Shown piece by piece: positions 38,647-48,182 of a DNA stretch of 64,000 nucleotides (positions are counted from its first letter, which is position 1; each line of letters starts with the position of its first letter). The translations under genes were made by a program, and so were the position numbers. The notes beneath the pieces were generated by a model that was not told the origin of the DNA, searched no databases, and saw only the letters and a program-made list of their open reading frames with translations. Source of the stretch: Patescibacteria group bacterium (GTDB lineage Bacteria > Patescibacteriota > Saccharimonadia > Saccharimonadales > CAIOMD01); contig DATKGW010000012.1 of the NCBI GenBank assembly GCA_035510605.1, positions 47,895-111,894 of the forward strand, in the 5' to 3' direction.

Positions 38647-39711
38647 TTAGGATATGTGAGCTTCCTCTGGCTCCGGATAATTTTGCTTTGTATCACCGGT
38701 ATTTAACAGTCGGCCGACATCAGCCACCAATTCGATGAGACGGTTACTGTGGCCCCATTCGTTATCGTACCAAGCCAGCACTTTTACCAGGTTACCGCCG
38801 ACTACGTTAGTTAAATTTAAATCAATAATTGCCGAGTGGCTGTTGCCGATAAAATCACTGCTGACTAGTTCCTCATCTGTCACAGCCAAAATACCTTGGT
38901 AATAGGCATCGGCGGCGGCTTTTTTGAATACCCCGTTTACTTCTTCTACAGACGTTTGGCGACTTATATCTACCGCAAAATCGGCCAAAGACACAACCGA
39001 AGTGGGGACGCGAACCGATAAACTATTAATTTTACCATCAAGCTCCGGCAGAACCTTTACAGCGGTCGCACTTGCCCCAGTATTGGCCGGTATAATATTT
39101 TCGCTTGCCGCCCTGGAAGTCCGTAACTCTTTGTTCGGCGCGTCTTGCAGACGTTGGTCGGCAGTGTAGCTGTGCACAGTAGTCATCAAGGCCTTTTCTA
39201 TTCCAAAACTATGGTTAAGAATGTCCAGCACAGGTGTAACGCAGTTTGTCGTACAACTACCAACACTGATAATATCTCCACTGGTTTTTAAGCTGTCTTC
39301 GTTAACACCGATTATTATCGTATCGGCTCCCTCACCTTTAGCCGGAGCGCTAATGACTACTTTTTTAGCGCCAGCCGAATCAATGTGGGCCTTGGCTTTT
39401 ACCGGGTCACTAAAGTATCCGGTTGCTTCGATTACAATGTCGACACCCAAATCACCCCACGGTAGTAAGGCCGGGTCGGCCTGTTTTAAAACTTTTATGG
39501 CTTTTTCATCAACAATTATATTTTCATCATTATATGTGACTTTGTGGCCGTAGGTACCGTAAGTAGTGTCGTGTTTTAAGAGATAAGCCAGGGTTCTGGC
39601 GTCAGATATATCGTTGATGGCTACCACTTCTAAATCGCTACGCTCAAAAGCTACTTTAAAAGCATTGCGACCGATACGCCCGAATCCATTTATTGCGACT
39701 TTTGTTTTCAT
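38647..39711 (-). CDS. gap: glyceraldehyde-3-phosphate dehydrogenase
   Basis: NGFGRIGR NAD-binding motif, SCTTNC catalytic Cys. Confidence 0.9.
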   Translation of the reverse strand: MKTKVAINGFGRIGRNAFKVAFERSDLEVVAINDISDARTLAYLLKHDTTYGTYGHKVTYNDENIIVDEKAIKVLKQADPALLPWGDLGVDIVIEATGYFSDPVKAKAHIDSAGAKKVVISAPAKGEGADTIIIGVNEDSLKTSGDIISVGSCTTNCVTPVLDILNHSFGIEKALMTTVHSYTADQRLQDAPNKELRTSRAASENIIPANTGASATAVKVLPELDGKINSLSVRVPTSVVSLADFAVDISRQTSVEEVNGVFKKAAADAYYQGILAVTDEELVSSDFIGNSHSAIIDLNLTNVVGGNLVKVLAWYDNEWGHSNRLIELVADVGRLLNTGDTKQNYPEPEEAHIS

Positions 39712-39765
39712 TCCACCCCTTGTTATCTAATCTTACTTTCTCACTAAACCAAAGCAATATCAACT

Positions 39766-40302
39766 TTATTTTTGGGCTAGCTTAATCGATTCTGAAACAA
39801 CTTTTTTGGCTGTAGCAGCGTCGCCCCAACCGTTAAACTGCATTTTGACGCCCTGCCAGTTATTCTTCCAATCTTTATAATGGCTGTAAAAATGTTCGAC
39901 AATCTTTTTAAAATTAGGGCCTAAATTTTCAACTTCATTGATATAGTCACTGGTAATATCGTCGGCTGGTACACAAATTAATTTTTCGTCTTTTTCGCCG
40001 TCATCTACCATATACAAAACTCCGATTGGGCGGGCAGGAATAACCGCACCACCCGGGACGCTTTCATCGATGATCAGCAAAGCGTCAAGCGGGTCACCGT
40101 CTTCACAAAGTGTGTCAGGAATATAACCATAATCTGCCGGATATACCATGCTAGTGGCATTAACACGGTCTAACATTATTCGGCCGGAGCCTTTATCCAT
40201 TTCGTATTTGTTGTGCCCTTTGCCTTTTTGAATCTCAATAATTACATTTACAACTTCGGGCGCTTTATCGCCGTAACCAACATCTTTGCAATCACAAGCC
40301 AT
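39766..40302 (-). CDS. ppa: inorganic pyrophosphatase (family I)
   Basis: Family I PPase Asp cluster (DGDPLDAL, YPADYGYIP). Confidence 0.9.
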   Translation of the reverse strand: MACDCKDVGYGDKAPEVVNVIIEIQKGKGHNKYEMDKGSGRIMLDRVNATSMVYPADYGYIPDTLCEDGDPLDALLIIDESVPGGAVIPARPIGVLYMVDDGEKDEKLICVPADDITSDYINEVENLGPNFKKIVEHFYSHYKDWKNNWQGVKMQFNGWGDAATAKKVVSESIKLAQK

Positions 40303-40343
40303 TATTTTCTCCTTAATTTTCTTAAACTTAGTATACTATATCC

Positions 40344-40994
40344 GTGAAGAAAGAATGGTTGATTGCCCACCGCGGTGCCCAGTGCGACGGACGCGAAAAT
40401 ACTTTAGCCGCTTTTGAGGCAACAAAAAACTACCCATTGGGTTGGGTGGAATTTGACCTGCATAAAACTGTCGATAATATAGCTGTGTGCCACCACAATG
40501 CAAATGTAAATGGCGTAGAAATCGCCTCCCACACTTTTGAACAGTTAAAGGCGAGCGACCCGGAATTGCTGACTTTTGACGAAGTTATAGAGGCAATGCC
40601 TGACAATATTCCCTTTATAGTTGAAATTAAGGCCTACGGCGTAGCCCCGCTTATTTTTAAGCAGCTTAAAGCCAATCCAACCTGGCGAGCGGTCAGTTAT
40701 AAACGCAGCGAGCTAAAAAATTTAATAAAAATGGGGATTAATAAAAACAGATTGATGCTGCATCAAAAGAACCCGATTTTTCACATCAGGCATGCCAAAG
40801 AAGATGGTCTGTTGGGTGTAACAAAGAGTACGTATCGGTTGTCTCCTCTGTTTTTCTGGCGAGCCCATAAAAATGGCTTATACGGCTATGTCTTTACAGT
40901 AAACTCGTTGTGGTATGCGTGGCTAATCCGCAAATTATATCCTTATGTTGGCATCTGCACCAACAGGCCGGATTTATTACAAAGATTAAAATAG
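40344..40994 (+). CDS. glycerophosphodiester phosphodiesterase-family protein
   Basis: HRG...ENTLAAF...EFDL GDPD N-terminal signature; ~216 aa. Confidence 0.7.
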   Translation: MKKEWLIAHRGAQCDGRENTLAAFEATKNYPLGWVEFDLHKTVDNIAVCHHNANVNGVEIASHTFEQLKASDPELLTFDEVIEAMPDNIPFIVEIKAYGVAPLIFKQLKANPTWRAVSYKRSELKNLIKMGINKNRLMLHQKNPIFHIRHAKEDGLLGVTKSTYRLSPLFFWRAHKNGLYGYVFTVNSLWYAWLIRKLYPYVGICTNRPDLLQRLK

Positions 40995-41016
40995 CAACAG
41001 TGCTAATATTATAATT

Positions 41017-41346
41017 ATGAAGAGAGTGGCAGTGTTTTTTGTAATTGTCATTATTTGTTTGGCGGCCTTGCTGATATTTGCAATTCACACTCAGTCGCCG
41101 CTACCAAATTCTGCAGTCGGAGTTGCTAGCGAGATAAAAGGTGCAGAAGTTTCCAAACACAACAAAAGCACCGATTGCTGGACATCAATCGGTGGCAGTG
41201 TATACGACTTAAGCGTATATTTTAATGCCAACCCAGATCAGGATGCTTCAAAATTCTGCGGCCTTATAGAACCCGGCGCCACATTACCGACAAACTTAAA
41301 AGCAGAAACGCTTAGTACTTATTCTATTGGTGTTTTAACACCGTAG
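41017..41346 (+). CDS. membrane-anchored cytochrome b5-like (heme/steroid-binding fold) domain protein lacking the HPGG His ligand
   Basis: N-terminal TM helix. KHNKSTDCWTSIGGSVYDLSVYF matches the cyt-b5 core, but HPGG is replaced by NPDQ and no second His ligand is evident (MAPR-like). Confidence 0.5.
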   Translation: MKRVAVFFVIVIICLAALLIFAIHTQSPLPNSAVGVASEIKGAEVSKHNKSTDCWTSIGGSVYDLSVYFNANPDQDASKFCGLIEPGATLPTNLKAETLSTYSIGVLTP

Positions 41347-41356
41347 TTTTAGCATT

Positions 41357-41938
41357 CTACTGCGGTAACAATACTGCATCAACAATGTAAATTGTGCCGT
41401 TAGAGGCAACTATCGGGCCTTTTACTACATTGGCTTGGTCGCCCTTGGCGTCTGTAAATATGGGTTTACTGCCTTGTAAATTAGCAATAATCTCTTGGCC
41501 TTCGTTGGTTTTAATCTTGGTATTATCCGGGATATTTTTAGTATCTATAGAAACGGTAGCCATATGATATTTTGTAATATCGGTTGCCGCGGTTTGATTT
41601 TGGCCGGTTAAAAGTTGATCGCTATAGCTTGACGGCAAAGTTTTAAAAGCCATGTTGTTGGGCACAATGACCAGTAATGTGGTACCGGAGCTTGCCGTTT
41701 TTAGCTGGTCAACCAAGCTGGCATTTGTAAGAAGTTTATAAAAATTGCTCAGCGAGCTATCATTTTGGATGTAGCTGGCAATATCTTTAGAGCTATTACT
41801 GACTTTGGTTGGCGAATAGCTATTTGCATCTGTTGGATTGTTAGAGCTACTACCGCCATACAAAATATACCAGATTGCACCAAGCGCTATTATCACCAGA
41901 ATAATTATTACTATTGTATAAATCTTTTTCTTTGGCAC
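41357..41938 (-). CDS. fasciclin (FAS1) domain protein, membrane-anchored
   Basis: TLLVIVPNNMAFK (H1 box) and SNGTIYIVDAVLLP (H2 box). Confidence 0.7.
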   Translation of the reverse strand: MPKKKIYTIVIIILVIIALGAIWYILYGGSSSNNPTDANSYSPTKVSNSSKDIASYIQNDSSLSNFYKLLTNASLVDQLKTASSGTTLLVIVPNNMAFKTLPSSYSDQLLTGQNQTAATDITKYHMATVSIDTKNIPDNTKIKTNEGQEIIANLQGSKPIFTDAKGDQANVVKGPIVASNGTIYIVDAVLLPQ

Positions 41939-42002
41939 TTGTCTACCTCGCTTAGTAACTTATAAAAAGTATAAACCAAGTGAGGGCTAAAGCGCTAGCT
42001 TT

Positions 42003-43073
42003 TTAAGATTCTAAGAATTCGCGGATGCGCAGGGCAGCCGTGGCGCCTTCGCCGACAGCACTGGCAATTTGCATGGTAGCGCCGCTGCGTACATCGCCGG
42101 CGGCAAAAACACCTTTTAGGTTAGTCCGCATACATTCATCGGTTTTGATAAACCCAATCGGGTCAAATTCCAAACCAGAAGTTCGCAAAAAAGCTGTATT
42201 GGGGCTCAAACCAATAAACACAAATACACCGTCGGGGGTAAATTCTACCTTTTTGCCGGATTTTACATCGGTACCGATAACCTTGTTAACAAATTTACCA
42301 TCACCGATAATTTCGTCTATTGTTACACCTATATGCACGGTAATCTTATCGTTCTTTTCTAATTGGTGGAGTAAGACATCACTGGCTTTTAGCTTACTGC
42401 GAACCAGCAAGTCTATATGCGATGCAAAACGGGTTAAAAATAATGATTCTTGGACAGCCGAATTGCCACCGCCCACAACCACCAGTTTTTTGTTACGGTA
42501 AAAGGCGCCGTCACAAGTGGCGCAGTAATGAACTCCGCGGGCATAGTAGGTGTCTTCACCCGGAATGCCAAGTTTTTTATATTCGCTGCCGGTGGCAATC
42601 AAAACCGCCCTCGCGTAACGATCGCCATCGGTAGTTGCCACTTTAATATTATCGTCAAGCCTCTCGATATTTGTCACTTCGGCCAATTCAATTTTGGTAC
42701 CAAAACGCTCGGCCTGCTTACGCAAGTTCTCGGCTAATTCGAGCCCGTCAATACCATCCGGAAAACCGGGGTAATTATCAACCCTGTCGGTTACCGCCGC
42801 CAAGCCGCCAATCACCGCTTTTTCGTAAAGCACGGTCTCTATATCTTCGCGGGTAGTGTAAATGGCAGCCGTTAACGCTGTCGGTCCGGCACCTATCATA
42901 ATAACGTCATGGTTGGGGATGGTTTTTTCTTGAGCATCTACTTTTGTATCAAATAATGGTTTTAGATCATCAGTCATCGGTAATTTCTTAATTGTAGGCT
43001 TAGCTACCGTTGCTGATACAGAGCAAACATTTGCCACTTCACCAAGATTCTGTTGATTTTTTGTGTCTGCCAT
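42003..43073 (-). CDS. trxB: thioredoxin reductase with ~50-aa N-terminal extension
   Basis: FAD motif VIMIGAGPTALTAA, redox-active CATCDG, NADPH motif. The N-terminal 50 aa precede the canonical start; the true start may be internal. Confidence 0.85.
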   Translation of the reverse strand: MADTKNQQNLGEVANVCSVSATVAKPTIKKLPMTDDLKPLFDTKVDAQEKTIPNHDVIMIGAGPTALTAAIYTTREDIETVLYEKAVIGGLAAVTDRVDNYPGFPDGIDGLELAENLRKQAERFGTKIELAEVTNIERLDDNIKVATTDGDRYARAVLIATGSEYKKLGIPGEDTYYARGVHYCATCDGAFYRNKKLVVVGGGNSAVQESLFLTRFASHIDLLVRSKLKASDVLLHQLEKNDKITVHIGVTIDEIIGDGKFVNKVIGTDVKSGKKVEFTPDGVFVFIGLSPNTAFLRTSGLEFDPIGFIKTDECMRTNLKGVFAAGDVRSGATMQIASAVGEGATAALRIREFLES

Positions 43074-43083
43074 AAATAGTTAT

Positions 43084-43332
43084 TTAAGTCACTGCTGGCG
43101 CTAATTTTGCCAGATTATATCCTACTATCACTTCTTTACTATCATCCTGTCTGGTAACTATTGTCACAGGCACTGCCATTTGCCCGCTAAACTCAACCGC
43201 CTCTTTAGCCCGTTCCGGATGCTCATCAAGGTTAACTTCGCTATAAGAAAAGCCTTTGGCAGTCAACCACTTTTTTACCATAACGCAATAAGCACAGGTA
43301 TTGGTCGTATAGATTGTTATGTCTTTTGTCAT
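43084..43332 (-). CDS. glutaredoxin/NrdH-like redoxin
   Basis: CAYC active site within a thioredoxin fold, ~80 aa, directly downstream of trxB. Confidence 0.75.
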   Translation of the reverse strand: MTKDITIYTTNTCAYCVMVKKWLTAKGFSYSEVNLDEHPERAKEAVEFSGQMAVPVTIVTRQDDSKEVIVGYNLAKLAPAVT

Positions 43333-43421
43333 TTTTAAATATCCTTTTGTTACTTTACTTTTTATAGTTTATTATGTTAATGATTAAATGTCAAACACTA
43401 TATATGGTGTACTAAGCCCTT

Positions 43422-43964
43422 CTACTGACCTATTTTAAGCAATTGTACGTCAAATACAAGTGCTGCATTGGCCGGAATGCCGGAGCCTTGGGGTGGATTG
43501 GCGCCATATGCCAAATTCGATGGAATTATTAAGCGCCGCGTTCCACCAACCTTCATCCCCGGTATACCTTTTGTCCAACCGGCAATAACTTGGTTTAAGG
43601 GAAAGCTGACGGCTTGGCCACTGTCTAGAGAACTCTGAAAGATGGTGCCGTCGCTAGCTGTCGCCCCGGTATAATTTACCGTAACCGTATCACCAGCTTT
43701 AACTTCTGCCCCGGTACCCTGCGTTAAATCAATAATTTGTAAGCTACTAACCGTGCCAACCGGATTATAGTTTGATAATTTAGTTCCTTGCAATTTTTTA
43801 CCTCCCGAATTAGTTTGCTGGTTCAAGGCTGCCTGAATCTGTTGATCTTGGCTCTGTTGGCTTTGGGTGGCTAAAATGTAATAGGCAATTCCACCGATTG
43901 TTGAGCCTAAAAACAACAGAGCCAAAACCAAAGAAACAATTCTTTGGGTTTTTGTTGTTGACAT
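43422..43964 (-). CDS. FKBP-type peptidyl-prolyl cis-trans isomerase, membrane-anchored
   Basis: N-terminal TM helix; FKBP C-terminal domain (GTRRLIIPSNLAYG...ALVFDVQLL). Confidence 0.8.
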   Translation of the reverse strand: MSTTKTQRIVSLVLALLFLGSTIGGIAYYILATQSQQSQDQQIQAALNQQTNSGGKKLQGTKLSNYNPVGTVSSLQIIDLTQGTGAEVKAGDTVTVNYTGATASDGTIFQSSLDSGQAVSFPLNQVIAGWTKGIPGMKVGGTRRLIIPSNLAYGANPPQGSGIPANAALVFDVQLLKIGQ

Positions 43965-44048
43965 AATTTCTCCCTAACTAGATGTTTATTATATCAAGGT
44001 TGAGTAGAGACAACCACAGTTAAAATGACGTTAAATTTACTTTAAAAT

Positions 44049-46565
44049 TTATAACCGTTCGGCGCCGAATTTTTGGGAGGCTGCAGAGGCTACGGAATCA
44101 AGCAAGCCATTTACCTCTTCGGCTTTTAGAGTCTTTTCGTAAGAAGCAATCTTCAGTCTAAATGCGAACTGTTTGTGATCTTGATCATCTGGGCGTTGAT
44201 AAATATCCAGCGGGCTAAGCTCAAAAAAGCTGTTGGCCGGTTTTATCTTGTTGATTTCGTCATATACAAAATCAAAAATTGCGGCAAAAGTTACATTATT
44301 AGGCGTTTTAAGCGATATATCTTGTTCTACTTTGGGGTATTTTGGCAAGGGAATGTAATCTGTAAGACCACTCTTGAATTTTAGGATTTTAGCAACATCA
44401 ACCTCGAAACCGGTTGTAAATTCCGGCAATTTAAGCGCTACTCTCACGGCTGACTTAAACTCCCCGACCACTCCTATTAACTCACCGCTCTTAAATTCTG
44501 TCACCATGGCGCTTCGAGACGTTTCGAATGGTGCAACCATTTGTTCGTTAATTTTTAACTCAGCGTGCTCTGGCAAAGTCGTAAAAACCAGATGAATACC
44601 AAGCTTAGCTAGTAAGTGCGACAAGTAATTTTGAGCCTCAAAATAAGGTGCTCCGGAATAATCTTTTGCAGATTTTAAGTTGGCGGCAAAAACAAGAGCC
44701 AGGTGTTCTTCTTCTATTGGCAATTTTTCTTCGTCTAGCCAATCTTTAATATGAGTCTTGCCAATCTCAAATAGTGCAAATTGATCATAGTCGGCTTTGA
44801 TATTTGGGTGGACCTTCTCCAGCAAACTGGGCAAAATACTCAAGCGATAATATTGCAAATCCGGACTCAAAGCGTTACTTAACTGATAAGCTAACTCTCT
44901 GTTTTGGCCGGATTTTTCTAACAAATTGCCATGCACGAAACTGTAAGTTAACAGCTCATTGGCACCGGCAGCTTGCAGGATTTGCCTGATTTCGTCTTTC
45001 AATTTAAGTAAATCATTAGTTTTGGCCGGTTTTAGGCTGCGCTTTGGTAGCTCTAGAGGCAATTTATCGTAGCCCAGAAGGCGGCCAACTTCTTCTACAA
45101 CATCTTCCGGAATCTCAATATCGGTACGCCAGAAAGGTGGCTCAATACTTAAAGTTTCACCTTGATTCGTAACTATAAAATCGACATTTTGAAGAGTTTG
45201 AACAATCTGGCTGGCATCACGGTTTAAACCGAGCCGATCATTGATAAATTTGGGCGTAACTAATACAGGGTTAGCGGTTTTAAGATGTTTGTCGTCGATA
45301 ATTTGGCTGGCAATTTCGGCACCGACCACTTCGTGCATAGTCTTTATGGTTTGAGCTAGCACTTTATCATTTTGCAACGGGTTTTGGCCTTTACTAAAAC
45401 GAGTTACGGCATCGGTAAACAAACCATGCGTCATAGCGGTTTTGCGGATGGAGTACATATCAAAATTGGCGCATTCGATAATAATATTTTTTGTGGTGGC
45501 ATCTACCTCCGTATCAAAGCCGCCCATCACGCCACCCAAGCCAATGGCTTTGGTAGCGGTAGCAATTAAAATTGCTTCTGCTCGGGGCTGTAGCTCTTTG
45601 CCGCCTAGTAGAGTCAGTTTCTCACCTTCCGTGGGATAGCGTGTGCAAAGAGTTGCCTGGTTAGCTCCATTATCTTGGGCTTTCACCTTATCGTAATCGT
45701 AAGCATGCAGCGGCTGGGCGGTCAGCAGCATCATAAAGTTGGTGATATCAACCACATTATTTATCGGCCGAATACCGAGTTTAAACAGATAAGTCTGTAA
45801 CTGTAATGGGCTCGGTTTTACGGTGACATTACTCATAGCTACGGCCATAAATCGTGGAACCAGCTCCGGCAGCTCATTTTTGATAGCTAGTGGCAATTCT
45901 AAGCCTTGCACGCTAACCTGGCTTGGCGTTTGCGTGTACCAAGTTGGGCTAGCAAATGGGATATTTTGGATCCCGGCGATTTCGCGGGCAATGCCTAAAA
46001 TACCAAATAAATCCGGGCGATGCGTAAACATCTTGTTTTCGATGTCTATAATGTAATCGCTTAAGTCGTAGGCTTCGGTCAGCGGTGTGCCGGGTTTAAA
46101 ATCATCCGGCAAAACTACTATTCCGGCGTGATCATCGCCAAAATCCAGCTCACGGGCGCTGGCAATCATGCCATGGCTTTTTACGCCTCTTAAATCTTTA
46201 GCCTCCAGTACAAACGGCTTATCGCTGCCATGAGTCTCCGGCACGGTTGCGCCTGGCGGTAACCAGATTACAGTTTGGCCGGCGGCAACATTATTAGCTC
46301 CACACACTACCTGCACATGGCCGTTCGTGTCACGTTCTACATCTTTTACAGTACCGCTGTCATCAACTGTGCAAACATGTAGTTTTTCGGCGTTGGGATG
46401 ATTATCACAATTTATGACTTTAACAACTAGTGCACCCTTGTATTTTTCACCTAAATTGGCAACGGATTCCACCTCTCCGAGTTGCGCCCCGATTTTTTCT
46501 ACCAATTGCTCTATTGGTAAGTCAACTTTTGTATACTCCTTCAGCCAGTTAACAGATATTTTCAT
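44049..46565 (-). CDS. pheT: phenylalanine--tRNA ligase beta subunit
   Basis: tRNA-binding N-terminus (MKISVNWLKEY), B3/B4, B5 and FDX-ACB domains; ~838 aa. Confidence 0.9.
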   Translation of the reverse strand: MKISVNWLKEYTKVDLPIEQLVEKIGAQLGEVESVANLGEKYKGALVVKVINCDNHPNAEKLHVCTVDDSGTVKDVERDTNGHVQVVCGANNVAAGQTVIWLPPGATVPETHGSDKPFVLEAKDLRGVKSHGMIASARELDFGDDHAGIVVLPDDFKPGTPLTEAYDLSDYIIDIENKMFTHRPDLFGILGIAREIAGIQNIPFASPTWYTQTPSQVSVQGLELPLAIKNELPELVPRFMAVAMSNVTVKPSPLQLQTYLFKLGIRPINNVVDITNFMMLLTAQPLHAYDYDKVKAQDNGANQATLCTRYPTEGEKLTLLGGKELQPRAEAILIATATKAIGLGGVMGGFDTEVDATTKNIIIECANFDMYSIRKTAMTHGLFTDAVTRFSKGQNPLQNDKVLAQTIKTMHEVVGAEIASQIIDDKHLKTANPVLVTPKFINDRLGLNRDASQIVQTLQNVDFIVTNQGETLSIEPPFWRTDIEIPEDVVEEVGRLLGYDKLPLELPKRSLKPAKTNDLLKLKDEIRQILQAAGANELLTYSFVHGNLLEKSGQNRELAYQLSNALSPDLQYYRLSILPSLLEKVHPNIKADYDQFALFEIGKTHIKDWLDEEKLPIEEEHLALVFAANLKSAKDYSGAPYFEAQNYLSHLLAKLGIHLVFTTLPEHAELKINEQMVAPFETSRSAMVTEFKSGELIGVVGEFKSAVRVALKLPEFTTGFEVDVAKILKFKSGLTDYIPLPKYPKVEQDISLKTPNNVTFAAIFDFVYDEINKIKPANSFFELSPLDIYQRPDDQDHKQFAFRLKIASYEKTLKAEEVNGLLDSVASAASQKFGAERL

Positions 46566-47596
46566 CAGAATTGCCTCAAAAATTCTAATTTACCGGATTC
46601 AAAGTGCCGAATGTCTTCTATATCGTGCTTCATCATTACTAAGCGGTCGATTCCGCCGCCCCAGGCAAAACCGGTGTAAACCGTCGGGTCGATATCGGCC
46701 ATTTTTAAAACGTTGGGGTGAATCATACCGCAACCCAAAAGCTCGATCCAACCGGTGTGGCCGCAAGTGGCACAACCGGCTTTTTTGCAAAACGGGCAAC
46801 TGAGAGCAAACTCAAAACTCGGTTCGGTGAAGGGGAAGTAGAAGGGCTGAGTTTTAACTTCTAATTCCTGGCCGTAATATTCCTGCAGAAAGGTTTTTAG
46901 CGTGGCTATCAAATGCCCGGCATTGATACCTTTATCCACATAAACTCCCTCAAGCTGGTAAAAAGTATGTTCGTGTCGAGCATCCAGGTCCTCATTGCGG
47001 AATACCCGCCCGGGGATAACGACGCTTATGGCCTCTCCCTGCTCTAACCTGCCCTTTCTAGCTTTTAAAACCCGGTTTTGCATATTGCTGGTGTGGGCCG
47101 GTGCAATTAGGCCGTCGATTGTCATAAAAGTGTCATAATCGTCCCTAGCCGGATGGCCTTCGGGGAAGTTCAGGCTTCCGAACATGTGATAATCATCATC
47201 AATTTCGCGCGATTCGACTACCTCAAACCCCATACGGTAAAAAATATCCAATACCTCTTTTGATTCACTCATTAAGGGATGGATTGTGCCAAATTGGCTG
47301 CTAAGCAAATGCGGGCGCTTGGATTGATCGGTATTAATATCGAACGGGGCGGTAACATCAATCGGTTTTAAATCCTCTTTTGCCTCAGAGTTTGCTACCC
47401 AAGATTCTACTTCTGTTTTTAAGGCATTAACCTCGGCCCCAAACTTGCCTCTGTCTTCTGCCGGCATATCTTTAATATGGCTATACAAATTCTTTAGAAT
47501 AGGTTCGCGCAGAACCGAGCGTTTATCCTCTGATTTTTCGAATATTGTTTTTAGGGCTTCGGCTGCCTCTGCCACTTCTTTGTAGTTGTAGGCCAT
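46565..47596 (-). CDS. pheS: phenylalanine--tRNA ligase alpha subunit
   Basis: Class II aaRS motifs 1-3 (FPF/TEPS, GWIELLGCGM). Confidence 0.9.
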   Translation of the reverse strand: MAYNYKEVAEAAEALKTIFEKSEDKRSVLREPILKNLYSHIKDMPAEDRGKFGAEVNALKTEVESWVANSEAKEDLKPIDVTAPFDINTDQSKRPHLLSSQFGTIHPLMSESKEVLDIFYRMGFEVVESREIDDDYHMFGSLNFPEGHPARDDYDTFMTIDGLIAPAHTSNMQNRVLKARKGRLEQGEAISVVIPGRVFRNEDLDARHEHTFYQLEGVYVDKGINAGHLIATLKTFLQEYYGQELEVKTQPFYFPFTEPSFEFALSCPFCKKAGCATCGHTGWIELLGCGMIHPNVLKMADIDPTVYTGFAWGGGIDRLVMMKHDIEDIRHFESGKLEFLRQF

Positions 47597-47668
47597 GATT
47601 AATAATGATTATACGTATCTTTAACAACAAGCGCCAACTTTAAGTGATAAAATCTATTTATGGCCAGT

Positions 47669-48160
47669 ATGAATTCATTCGACATTGTTAGCGATTACGA
47701 TAAGGGTGAGCTTAATAATGTTTACGACCAAGCTCAGCGCGAGCTAATGAATCGTTACGATCTAAAAGGCACAAAAGCTGGGCTAGATTGGCTTGACGGC
47801 GACAAAACGGCTTTTAAAATTACCGGCGACAGCGACTTTCATATAGAGGCAATCTTGGATATTATCCGCAAAAAGTTGGCTGCCCGCGGACAGAGTCAAA
47901 AAGTTCTGGACATTAGTCAAGATTCAACCACTACAAATTTGCAAACTACCAAAATCGTACCGCTTAAAAAGGGTATCGCCCAAGACAACGCTAAAAAAAT
48001 CAGCGCCCTGATAAGAGATAATTACCCTAAAGTGAAAGCTCAAATCCAGGGCGACGAATTACGGGTGATGAGCCCTAAAAAAGACGAGCTGCAAGCCGTG
48101 ATGGACTTGCTTAGATCCCAAAATTTCGACTTCCCTCTCCAATTCACAAATTATAGATAA
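47669..48160 (+). CDS. yajQ: YajQ-family nucleotide-binding protein (UPF0234)
   Basis: MNSFDIVS... and QIQGDELRV...LQAVMDLLRSQNFDFPLQFTNYR, near-colinear with E. coli YajQ. Start trimmed to MNSFDIV. Confidence 0.8.
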   Translation: MNSFDIVSDYDKGELNNVYDQAQRELMNRYDLKGTKAGLDWLDGDKTAFKITGDSDFHIEAILDIIRKKLAARGQSQKVLDISQDSTTTNLQTTKIVPLKKGIAQDNAKKISALIRDNYPKVKAQIQGDELRVMSPKKDELQAVMDLLRSQNFDFPLQFTNYR

Positions 48161-48182
48161 AAATCGTTATACTTAATAGCAA

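Noticed and set aside
47597-47668. T-box leader upstream of pheS
   Set aside because: The intergenic region is only ~70 nt, too short for a T-box riboswitch.
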